DNA of 28,804 nucleotides from Ancylonema sp. (Eukaryota). The DNA lies in assembly GCA_050230475.1 (NCBI GenBank), contig JBFLGF010000021.1:62001-90804 (forward strand). Direction: 5' to 3'. Position numbers and translations under genes: made by a program. The notes beneath the pieces are model-generated. The model had not been told where the DNA came from. It did no database searches and saw nothing but the letters and a program-made list of their open reading frames with translations. Shown one piece after another: positions 11,234-23,200 of this stretch; within the stretch, counting starts at the first letter, position 1; each line of letters begins with the position of its first letter.

Positions 11234-14200
11234 GTGGGGCAGGGGGTTTGGGTCAGGGTTTAAGAGTTACGGTGTATGACTTGGGATGTCAGGGAAGGAG
11301 TAGGGTAGGGTTCCGGGTTTCGGTTCAGCGTTTTTGGTTAAGAGTTTATGGATAGATGAACTGGTTTTTGGTGTAGGGTGTGAGGTTGAAGTTTAGGGTT
11401 TCAGGTTCCTGGTCTAAACTCAAAATACTGGAGTGTAGATGTGTAGAAGTAGGGTTTGGTTTAGGCAGAAGAGCAGAAGTGCGGGGTTGTGACGTGTGCA
11501 GGGGGTTGGTTCGGTCCAGATGTTTCTGCCGGGAATTCAGGAGGCAGCAGAGAGGGAAGATGGGCATAAGTTCAAGTATTTGTTGAAGCCTGTGACTGGA
11601 ACAGCGACCTATCAGAAAGTGGGGCGGAAGGAAGAGAGGGGGAAGGTGGAGCCCAGGCAGCTGCTTTCAGTGGCTCTGGATGAGGTGGCGCTGTGCATGT
11701 CTGAGGTGGGGTGGGAAGGGGTGGGGGTGGAGGGTTGGGGGGTGGGGCGTGTAGGGGTGTAGGGTTCCGGATTTGAACTACACTTTTGCACTCTACATTT
11801 ATATCCAGAACCACATCACCAATCAGCAATCACCTTGTCCGGAAACCTATGCATTGACGGCTGAGAGCTCTCTCACCATATCCCCCCCCCCCCCTTCCCC
11901 TGCTCGTCAGCCCCAATACCGTGACGCGATGCGATTGGGCGAAAATGTGAGTGCCTGGCAGAGGCGTCTGGAGTATGCCCACATGCGGCCGCGCAAGAGG
12001 CCCAATGGGAACGCACGGCAGTGGTGGCAGTACGCAACCTGGGCGCTTATCAAGTGCCACGCGGGCTACTCGGGGTCCCTCACGTGGGCAAAAGTCCTGA
12101 GGCTGACAAAAATGCGGCGCAAATACCTGGCAAAATATGTGAGTCTGCTCCAGGGGGAGAAGGGGGGGGAGAAGGGGCGGACGGGGGAGGATGAGGCAGA
12201 GCTGAGGAGTATGGAGAGAGAGGTGGACGTGGCTGTGATTATTCAATGGAGGGTGCTTGCGCGCACATTTCTGCAAGCGACCAAGCAGCAGTATGTGGAG
12301 AAGGAGAGAAAGAAATCCAAGGGGGTGTGGTCATTCTTCCACCGGTAAGGCCCTGATCGCCACCTGTCCCAATCTCGTACACACTTGACAACAAACAGAA
12401 CCTTCTTTGGCTGTGAGGACTGACGGTTAGAAAAGAGCGGAGAGAAAAGTCGGGGCATTGACAGCTGGGCTGGGCTGGGCTGGGCTGCCCCCCCCGCTCT
12501 CCAGCCCCTCCCCCCAGGAGTCCAAGACCCGCTCTCTGGACTTCACCAATGAGGACTGGAAGCAGCTGAATGATCTCATCGGATACGAGCCTGGCATGGG
12601 GGACCCCCTTTTTCCGGACCAGGAGGCCCCCCACATGCTGCACACACAGGTGGAGGTGTACATGGAGCGGAACGCAACGGCGCTGAGGGATGCGGAGGGG
12701 CGGAAGATTCTGGAGCTGGAGTGCCAGGGGATCTTTGCAGGGGTTAAGGTTTATGGGAAGACAGCGGAGGTGGAGGTGAAGCTGGCCTCGTACGGACTCG
12801 CTGCACCAGAAGGGATGCTGGCGCAGGTGGGGGTTGGGGGCTGGGGGCTGGTTGTGGAAGGTGGGGGGATGGGGGGGTCGATACTGGTGGTCGTATGTGT
12901 GTCCTGAGACGGATTTTGGGTTCTGGGTTTGGGATTTGTGTCAGAGTGCGAGTCATGCGGTGATGGAGGAGAGCGTGGCGCTGAAGTTCACGAACCGACC
13001 CTTCGATCTGGACTGTGATTGGTGCCTGGAGGGCCAGGTGGCAGCCGTGTACATCACGGTGAGGCACTCATGCCGACTTGCAGAACCAGGTCTCTGACAT
13101 ATACGTCAGGAAGAGCGCAGCTGCTCAAGCAAGCTTGTGCCCCCCTGCCTGGTCAGCGTTGATGATTACAAACCCTCGTGTGTGTTTTCTGGGCAGTTTT
13201 GGAAGGCGAGCGTGGATCGCGTGGTCAGCTTTTTTCAGAACAAGAAGTCGGTCAGTCCACAGGCGGCCCTCGCCACAGCAGCAGCCTTCCAGGTTCCTGC
13301 CGCCCCTTCCCCCCCCCCACCCCCATCCCCCTTTGTTATTGCATCAGTATGACCCCCTATGCCTGCCTCCATCTCTATATCTATTCCGTCCTGCACCCTG
13401 CTAGCTCATGTTACTCTCTCTATCCTCACGTCAAGGGAGGCTGCTGAGCAGGGGAGGCGGGGGGTTGTGTGTGTATTTGTGAATGGGCAGTTGACCATCG
13501 ACGAATTGACGAAGCTGGCGCAGACCCAGATCGTGGACAGCCTCAAGTCTAGGCCCCGGTTCCGCATCGATCTGGATATCGACGCCCCCAAAGTGTCGCT
13601 TCCCACCGAATTCGCGCCCGATGGAGTGCTCCGCACCCAATGCCTGCTGGACCTGGGCCACATCACCTTCAGGACAGACTTGGTGAGGGGGGAGAGTTGT
13701 GGGGTTTAGGGTTTAGGGTGTTGGGTGTCGGGTATTGGGTCTGGATGGTATTGGCTGGGTTGGGGTGTGGGTTTGGGGTTTGGGGGTTGGAGGATTGTAA
13801 GGGTCGGAAGATAGGGATCACTAACAGAAGGTCCTGCCCCCCCCCCCCTCCCGGCTGCCTTTTTCAGCACACAGATGTTCCGCAGGAGGAGCTCGATGTG
13901 TACATGCGGTTCCACGCGTCAGTGAGTGCCATGTCAGCGTTTCTGGTGGATGGGGACCATGAGTGGGCAGCCCCTGTGAGCTATGTCCCGGGGGCGGGCA
14001 CGCTGGCTCACGCGCTGCACTTGAGGGAGGCGGGAGGGGAGGGAGGGGGGCAGGGCCGCGTGTTTCAGTTGATGGATCCCTGTGGCATCGTGGCGTCCAT
14101 CCAGCATGTAAGCGTCAGAATGTTTTGTTTTATTTTTTTTTCTGTTTGGGAGGGAGCGGGTGACAGAGACGGAATTGGGTGAATATTTATTTTATTTTGT

Positions 14201-17200
14201 TTTATTTTTAGTTTTTCAATTCTCATTTTTTTATCTGTTGTTGGTGTTGTCTAGACGTGGGTGCCGCATCCGCGCCATCCCACAAACCGCATCGCAGTAC
14301 GCGTCCCCTCTCTGGGGTTCAACATTTCCGCCAGCAGCTACCACCGCCTCATGAAGGTGGTGTATGCGGTGCAAGGAAGCTTCTACGAACCTTCCGCAGT
14401 CGCACCCTGGGACGAGGCAGACAAAAGCGGGCCTCTACAAGTCCTCACTTGGGGGGTTAGTCCCCCCCACCCCCCTCTCCCCCCTCTCCCCCCTCTCCCC
14501 CTTCCCCCCCTCCCACACCTTCAACCCCTCCCTCCCTTCAACCTCCCTCACTCCTTGCACTCCTCCTCGGGATTTTTCAGGGTTTAGCGATGCGTGACGC
14601 TGTGTGGCAGAGTCGGTGCGGGGCGGTGGCCGGGCCCTTCCTTTACATTCTCGCGTCCGAGCTGGCCCGCAGTGCCAAGCAGAGGGTGAGCCTCACGAAC
14701 AAACACGTGCTAGAGGTGCCGCCTGAAGACGTAGGGGGGCTGGAGGATGTGCTGGCGCTCACAGAGGCCACCACCTGGAACCCTAAGGTGACTTTCCCTA
14801 ACCGCTACCCTCTAACCCGCTAATCCCTAACCGCCAACTGCTGTCTGCTAACTGCTAACCGCTGTTTGCTGCACAACGATGGGGGAGTGATGTGCGCTTG
14901 TGGCTTGATGTACACCGAGTGACAGGGGGGGGGGGAGGGGGCTTTGTAGGGAGCAGAAGCTCAAGAGGCAGTGCTTCTGAGGCTGACAAGTGGCAGCGAG
15001 AAGGCGGGGTGGAAGAGTCACCTCCGGGCCACCATCTACAGAGCTTCAGTAAGGGGGAAGGGTGGGGGGGAGGGGGGCATAAGAAATTGTTTATCTTGAC
15101 TCACTCGTTTCACCTGGCTGTCTGCTACAGGCACCTGCCTCGGTGGTCGGTCTGGACTCGGCGGGGAGAGTGTCAGAGGAGGGGGGGGCGCTGGCAGAGC
15201 ACGAGGACTTGTTTCTGACGGGCATCTTAGACTCATTCCAGCTACGTGTCAGCAGCGTGGTGCAAACACACCCCCTCCCCCCCCACAAAAGGCTGCTTCT
15301 GGAGGATGAAAGTGAAGTGCTCGAACTGAGGGCCTGTCGTGTGACGGTGAAGATCCAAACCTTTAAGTTATGGCTGCTGGTCTCTCCTGCTGACACCTGT
15401 ACGTCTACTTGCGGGTGTTGTAGGTCGAGGTGGCAGTTTTGGAGGACCTAGATCTCCTGATTGGGCTGGCGGTGGAATCGGCCGAAATCGAAGATAAGCT
15501 TTTTGGGTCCACCAGCCCAAACTGTAAATACGTGGCAAGGTCGCATCTCGTCAACCCAGGGCTGTCTCAAGCGGAGATCCTACGGCTCACACATGACGAC
15601 AGTATGGAAGAGACCGCCTTCACATCAGACCCTCTGTCTGCCTCGTTGGTGCGAAAGAGGTCTGGGACTGTGGGGTTCCCACACGCCACCCCCAGGCGGA
15701 CTAGTTCGCTGGAACAGCACCTGGTGACGAGGGGGAATGGGAGGGGATTGGACAGCCCCATGTCTTCTTCTCCCAGGGGGTCGTGGGGTTGGTGGGAGAA
15801 CCACCCAGTGGAGCGTCTTGACAGCACGACAGAGTATTACGATGCGAACGAGGAGCACGAGGTTTCTTCTCTGCAGGATGAGTTTGAGTGGGTGGGGCAT
15901 GAACCGCCAGGGTTCGAACGGATACCCGGGATGCTGCCAGGGAGCGGGGGGGTGGAGGAGGAGGAGGAGGATTTCAAGAACTTCATTTCGGGGCAGTTTG
16001 TGAAACGGTATCAGGACTCGCCCGACTATGACGGCGTGGACATGCAGGTGAGACGGACGCCTGGGATTGCGACACGTGGCAGATGCTGATTGGGTCCTGG
16101 CGTTGCCACCCTGTGCCCCCCAGATGCTCCTCCGCCTGGCCACCCTCTCTCTTTTCTGCAACCGCCCCACTGTAGTGGCCCTCATGGACCTGGTAGCCGA
16201 CATAAACACCGCCCCCCAGGAGGTCCCCGCATCGCCCAAGGGGGTGGAGGAGGAGGGGGAGGCAGGGAGCAGCAGGCAGCATGTGGTGAAGGGGGTGCTG
16301 GGCAAGGGGAAGCAGAGAGTGATGTTCCAGCTGGCTTTGCACATGGAGCACACGCAGGTGACACTGAACAAGGAGGACGGACGACAGCTGGCGATGCTGA
16401 CAATGGAGAAGATCAGTGTGGTCATCCAAATCCACCCCTCCACCTTCTCCCTCCACGCCCAAATGGGGAACCTGCGGGTGGTGGACTTCTCTCTGGGGGA
16501 GGGTCACCCCTACGGCTGGATGTGCGATACCAGGGACCAGAGGGCAGCCTCGTTTGTCAAGGTTGGTACAGACCCTTGGGGGGTGGGGGGAGGGGGGAGT
16601 GGGGATCCGGGGGACTACAGCTTCAAGGGGGAACGGGGGTAGTGAGGGGAGGGAGTGCCCCCCCCTCTGCGCCAGGTGGCGGTGTATTCGTATGTGAGTG
16701 GGGATCCGGACTACTCCGGATACGACTACAGCTTCAAGGCTGACCTGTCCCACCTCAGAATCGTGTACCTCAACCGATTCATACAGGAGGTGAGTGCCCC
16801 CCCCTCTGCGCACGGAGGCCAATGGGTGGCTGACAGGTGGCGGGGGGGGGGGTTGCAGATGACGCAGTACTTTGTGGGTCTGGCGCCCCGTGACCCGGGC
16901 GCGATGGTGACGCTGAGGCAGGGGATGAGTGAGGTGGACCGGTTCTTTACCCAGTCGGAGATTGAGGGGCTGCCTGCTGTGAAGCTGGAGGTGGTATTCA
17001 GCAACCCGGTTATCATGCTGCCCAAGCACTCCCACAGCAACGAGTGAGGATGGGTTGGACGGATGGGGATGGGGATGGGGGGGAGGCTGACTGGGTGAGC
17101 TGTGTGTGTGCCAGGTACCTGCGGTTGGAGGTGAAGGAGCTGACGGTGGTTAACCGTGTGGAGTGGGTGGGGGGAGGGGCGGAGGAAGCAGAGGCGGTGC

Positions 17201-20200
17201 ATTTGGAAACTGTGGATGTGGAGCTGGAGGAGATCCGGCTGGTGGTGGTTGTGAATGACCTCCAGGGACCCGATATCATTCAGCAGGTGGAGGGGCTGTC
17301 TGTGCAGTGCCTCAGGCCGCTCAGAGATCTTTGGCATAGGCTGCCGCTTACGGAGTTTGTAGTGAAGGTGAGGGTGGGTGGAGAAGGGGGAGGGTGGGGG
17401 GGGAGCATTTGGTTTACATGTCTCTGTTTGGCAACCCTTACAGATGAGTAAGCTCCAGGCTGGCATGTCGGACCAGGAGTGCCAGGTCATCATGGAGACT
17501 GGGACTGCGAATTTCGCGGAGGTCCCGAATCTGCCGCCAGCTGTATGCCAAGGACCCCTCGTTCCTGAAATGGATGTTTCAGAGAAGGGGAGGGGGGAAG
17601 AGGAGGCGGGGGAGGGAGGGGGGGGGGAGAAGAAGGCAGTGCTTTTCAAAGTGCGCACGGTTATCGAATTTACGCTCCTGGGGTTGTACACGGGGAACAA
17701 GAGGGAGTCAAAGCTGGCGAGCGTGCAGATGCAGGGGCTGTGGGTGCAATACGCGTCAGAGGCGGCGGGGGTGAGTTCGATTCAATTGACGGTGCCGAGA
17801 TTCATCATCACCGATTGCCGACAAGGAACGGCGCCAGAGCTGCGATACATCATCGGGAACGCGGACAAACTGGAGACGTTTGCGGACGCAGGACAGGCCG
17901 ATGGGGAGCCGCCACCTGTCGCTGTTCTGAGAACAGGAGAGAAATCGCCTGCGTTTGACGACCCGAGGAGTACGGAAGGGGGGGTGGGGGGGGGTAGGGC
18001 AGAGTCATCTGCCATGAGGCCAGAAGGGGTTTCATCAGGGAAGGGGTGGGGGGCGCTGGGCCCTTGCCTCACCATGCTCCATGTTGACTGTGAGTTGACT
18101 CCCACCACACAGACGGTGTTTGTCAGGGTCCAGAGGCCACGACTGCTGCTGGCCCTCAGTTTCCTTAAAGCCATTTCTGCCTTCTTGCTGCCGTCGGTCG
18201 GCATTATTCTGAGGCCTGAGGAGGGCAAGGAGGAAGACCCCTTGGGGCTGCAGAAGGCCACTTTCCTCACCTCCCCCACTACGTACCAGGCTAAAAGGAC
18301 GGTCACGGTTACGCCCAAGCGACCAATCATTGTGGATGGGTATGAGGGGGAGGAGTTTAGGTATGATGGGATGGGTAAGGGGGGGACGATGGTATTAGCA
18401 GACGAAAAGGGGGTGGGTCTGCAAGGACCCCCTTCTGCCCCTCTTTTCCTGGTTGGGAATGGCAAGAAGCTGACGTTCAAGAGCATCAGAATCCAGGTAC
18501 GGGAGAAGGAAGCTTCTTGGCTGTTTCTGGCAAAGAGTGATGTACGCACAATCCTGATATGCGTTTCCGCCCCTCTTGACATCGCAGGGCGGTGAGTGGC
18601 TGGACAGTTGTGTCAGTCTGGGGTATGACAGCAGCTACGCAGCCAGGGAGACGGACGACGTGGTGCTGGAAAGTTCCAAGAAGGTTCCGGAAAGGAAGCA
18701 CTCGTTGGCTACCATGCGCCGCAACAGCAGTCGCCGCTCGCCCGCGGGCCCCGCCGTGGATATGAGTGTCACAGTCCAGGTCGGAATTCAACAGTGAAGG
18801 AGCCTGCCAGCCGGCAGGGAAGCAGCGGAGGGGGGGGGTAGGTGACCGATGTTGTTTTGGGTGCAGGCGGTCAGTGCAGAGCTGACTCTCTATGACAGCA
18901 CGGTGTGGCCTGCGCAAGTGCTCATGCACCCCGAGAACCTGCTGCGGATCAAGACCACATTCTTCGGAGAGTGAGTGTTCGAACCACGCGGGCGCACGCC
19001 ACTCCTCGTCCAACGCGCTCACTCCACACGTGCGATGCTGGGCTGCCATTGGACGCAGGTATTCGAGCGAGGAGTCGGACGTACAGTTCACCGCCGCTCT
19101 GAAGGGCACTCAAATGGAATCGTCCACTAGCCTCTCCGTGATCGACCCCTTCGACACCGACCTCCAGTACACCGACCTAGGGGGAGTCCAGACAGGCAGT
19201 GTGCGCACCACCAACCTCACCTGCACCCTCACCTACAACGTCATCCGCCTGGCGATGCGCCTGCAGCAGGCCTACCAGTCGTTCCTGCAGAACCCGTCTC
19301 ACGAATTCACGGCAGGGTGCACAGAGTTCTACAAGGTTTGGGTGCAGCCAGGTAGGCGGGGGGGGGGGAGGAAGAGGTGGTGTGGTGGGATGAGGGGAGT
19401 GACACGTGGCGGCCTGTCATTGGGCAACAGCGATTGGGAACCAAGGGCAGCAACTGACGTTCTGGCGACCACGTGCACCTCCTGGATTCGCATCGCTGGG
19501 GGACTGCGTCACGTGCCAGTAAACACTGCCTCCCCCCTTTCCCCCCCTCGCCAACCTCGTTAAAAAGAGGGATCATTCTGTCTGACTTCCCCCCCCTGGG
19601 TTCTGCCTGCAGCAACAACCCCCCTTCCCAGCGCGTGCTCGCCATTGCCATGGGGTTTAACCGCGTGAAGCGCCCCCTGCGTTTCACCCGCCTGTGGGCC
19701 CTCTCCACCTGCTCGGTCTGGCTGCCTGTGCCCCCAGAAGGTTACGTGGCCATGGGCTGTGTGGCGAGTCCGGGGCAGGACCCCCCCTCCCTTACCTCTG
19801 TGTACTGCGCCGCACTCACTCTGCTTACCCCCGCAGCAATGCGGGACTGCGTCTATGTGCAAGTGGAGGGGGATCAGGGGTTAGGGTTCTGGCGCATCGA
19901 AAACTCCACCAACTCCTTTTTTGTGCAGCCCCACGGGGAGGCGCCCCGGTTCCGGGCCTTCGACTTGCGGGCCCCGCTGCTGCATCACCCAAAACCCGAA
20001 ACGCAAAGTGCCACGGAGGGGAGCAAATCGGGGGCTTCAGATTTCGCCCCCTCTCAGGCTCTGCCAGAACCCACAGGCAGCAGCACAGCTGTTGTTGAGG
20101 ATGAGTGGGGCCCAAGGCTGTCAGAAGGGAGCAGTGGGCCCCTGTAGCAGTCCAGGGAGGAGCCTAGAGGTCGGCAGGCGGCTGTACCGTCAGGTGTCAC

Positions 20201-23200
20201 AATTTGAGCTTGTCTGGAGCTCTCGAGGCTGCTCATTGGTGGAGGAGCTGTCAATCTGGAGGCCCATCAGCCCACCCGGATTCTATTCGATCGGAGATGT
20301 GGCCGTGAAGGGGTAAGAAGTCTGCTCCTTACACACCTGGTACGTTGTGCTTATACCCTGAACTCCCTGCAGGTTCAATCCCCCTGCGGAAAGCCTGAGT
20401 GGGGTTGTAATGAGGGACAATAGCAGTGGAGTGATTGCCCTTCCTGTCGCCTTCCGCCGCAGAATTGGGTTGGGGGGGAAGAAAGGGATGGAGGAGGTGG
20501 GGTTCTGGACTGCAGTTGCACCCTTGGGGTATGTGGCTATGGGGACTGTGGCACACAAGGGGACACACCCCCCCCCCCTCACCTACCTCTGCTGCCTGAG
20601 AAAAGAGTATTTGAGTGCGGCATGCTTTGAGGAGGAGGCTGTGTGGAGGTGTGGGGGCAGCGGGAGGGGGGGGGGGGGGAAGAGGCTGTAGTTTGTGGTC
20701 TGTTGGAAACAAGGGAGGGACGTTCTTTGTTCGGGTTGGAGAGGCATCCAAGCCCCCCCCCGCCCGATTGGCTGTAGCTCTTCTGGATCTCAGCCGTCCC
20801 CCGCAGGCAGACTCGTTGAGTGTGCAGTGGGATGCGGGGCGCGTGTCACTCACCCTCTTTGACGACTTCGGGGGATTGGTAAAGCTCTAAACCCCATCCA
20901 TGCCATCCCCTTAGCGCCATCTTTCTGCCGTCAGCTCACCAATGGCTGCTCCCCACGTGTCAGATGTCTCCCCTGGTGGATGTGACCCTGCGTGGCGTGA
21001 GGATGAGTGCGGGCGGCAGTGGGGGGGCTCCGGACGGCCACATGGGGTTCAGAGCTGCGGCGTCTTCGTACAACGGGAAGATGGATGCGTGGGAGCCGTT
21101 GGTGGAGGCGTGGGAAGGGTTTCTACGGTCAGGATTCGAGCATCGCATTGCTCGCTTGTGTGCTCATTCGCTGGCCTACTCTCTGATGGAAAGGGGGATT
21201 TGGGATGTGGGCATGCTTTGCCAGGTGTCACAGCAACGGGGCTTCTCCCAGCCAGGACCTGACTGTGATCCCAGGAGCGCGTGTGCTGCTGACAGCTAGC
21301 ACTCCCCTGAACGTGAACGTATCCAGTGCCAACATGAACCTGGTTCTGGAGGCTTACGCCAGCTGGACGCGGCTGGTGCAGATAGAGGAGGAGGCCAGGA
21401 GGCAATACCACCTGGTCGACTCCCACCCCCACCCCGCCCACTCGCCCACCCTCCCTGCTGTCATCTCACTCCGCTTTTTGAATCCCTTGCAGCGGATCCA
21501 AGAGGAGCAGGAGGAGGAGGCGGCGGCAGACGTGCAAATCCTGAAGAAGAGCGCCAACGCTCTGGACCGCCCGAAGCGGACGTACATAGTGAAGCACAAC
21601 CAGCTGGGGCGTGAGGTGTGGGTGAAGGTGGTCGCCAAGGGGGGCACCCCTTACGTCTTCTCGCTCGCTTCTGGGTCTGCCGCCTCCGTCAACATCCCCC
21701 CTCGCCGGAGGATGCTAGACCCGACCACCAAGGAGGAGATGGCAGTGATGAGGCGGCAGTACGTGGGGGTGCGGATAGGGCAGGCCCTGGTGCGGGAGAG
21801 GGGGGACTCCCTGATTGGTCCCCAGGAATACTGGTGCCGCCTGCGGCTGGTGCCCCACCCCTGCCTCAGTCTGGACCCCAGCCCCGCGGCTGGCACTGGC
21901 ACCTCGTGGACGCAGCAACTGCAACGCGCTCGTACGAGATCACAGAGTGGGCGCCTGAAGGAGGGGGAGGGGGGGGAACGGGAGGTGACGTGCACGTGGG
22001 ACGAAATTTTCGCATTTGAAGTGTCCCCAGATGCGGAAGACACGATCGAGGTGGAGGTTGTGTGTAGCACGACAGGTGGCATTGTAGGGGTGTGCGAATG
22101 GGTCTTATCGGAATCCCATCCTCGTCTGCTACACCAGGCCAGGTCACGGAAGGCGGAGGTGCCGTGGCCGAGACTAGATATGATGTGGCACTCCCTGGCG
22201 GCAGCGGGGGATGCGGAGGAGGGGGCAGGCAGCGTGAGCAGCTGTCAGTACTTTTTCGAGGGGGAGGGGGGGGAGCAGCAGCTGGCCGCGGAGGAGGAGG
22301 AGGAGCCGGGTACAATTCAAGTCGGGTTCAAAGAGCAGGGGCCGTGGGTGAAGGTGGGGGCGGTTTACATCGGGGGGGCGGTTCCTTGGAACGTGCTGGG
22401 GGAGCAGGTGGCCAGCGAAACGGTTATCGAAAACGGGGTGAAGCATCTAACCGCGCGGTCCCTGGTAGTGATCTGGAACCATACACAGCTGCCCCTCCAG
22501 GTGTCGCTCCTTCCTCTGGCGATGCTCCGGCAGAGTCTTGGGGGGGGGGGGCAGGAGGAGGTCTCTGGGGGTAAAGGGGGAGGAGCCAGAAAAAAGGACT
22601 GGTTAAGCGGAGTGGAAGAGGGGGACGCGGAGCAGGAGGAGATGTTTGAGACTCAGGTGCACCGCCCCCTCCGAGGGTGGGGTAAGAGCAGGGTGGGGCA
22701 GGTGGGATTCGATACGGGGGAGGAGAGCGGGGGGGCGGATATAGAATCTGCAGTTCCCGGGCTGCCTGAGGGGTGGGTCTGGGTGGGGGAGTGGCAGCTG
22801 GACCGCAGTGGCAATGTGGACCGAGAGGGGTGGGCTCATGGGAAGAAGCAGTCAGACCTGACCTGGCCGCCCGCCTCCCCTCTAGCGCGGCGGTTCAAGG
22901 GTGTGATTCACACGCTGCGGAGGAGGAGGTGGGTGAGGGCGAGGGAGTTCAGGCCGACCGAGTGCTACGAGGGGAGGGTGGACCTCTTTGTGTTGGGGCC
23001 AGGGGCGAGTCGGGCTGTGCCTTCCGGTTTCCTCAGGGCAGACGCCCCCGATCTATGCATTCAGATCAGGCCAGCGGGGGAGCTCAAGGTGGGGCTGGGG
23101 GCGTCGAGGTCGCTGGGAGGGAAGGAGGAGAGGGAGGATTCCGGGTACGGGTGGGGGGAGGCTGTCCCGCTCCGGGACGGCAGGCAGCTGTTCATGGGCA

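Noticed and set aside
15625..18582. Long minus-strand ORFs (272, 350, 324 and 266 aa)
   Set aside because: They are antisense shadows of GC-rich VPS13 exons.
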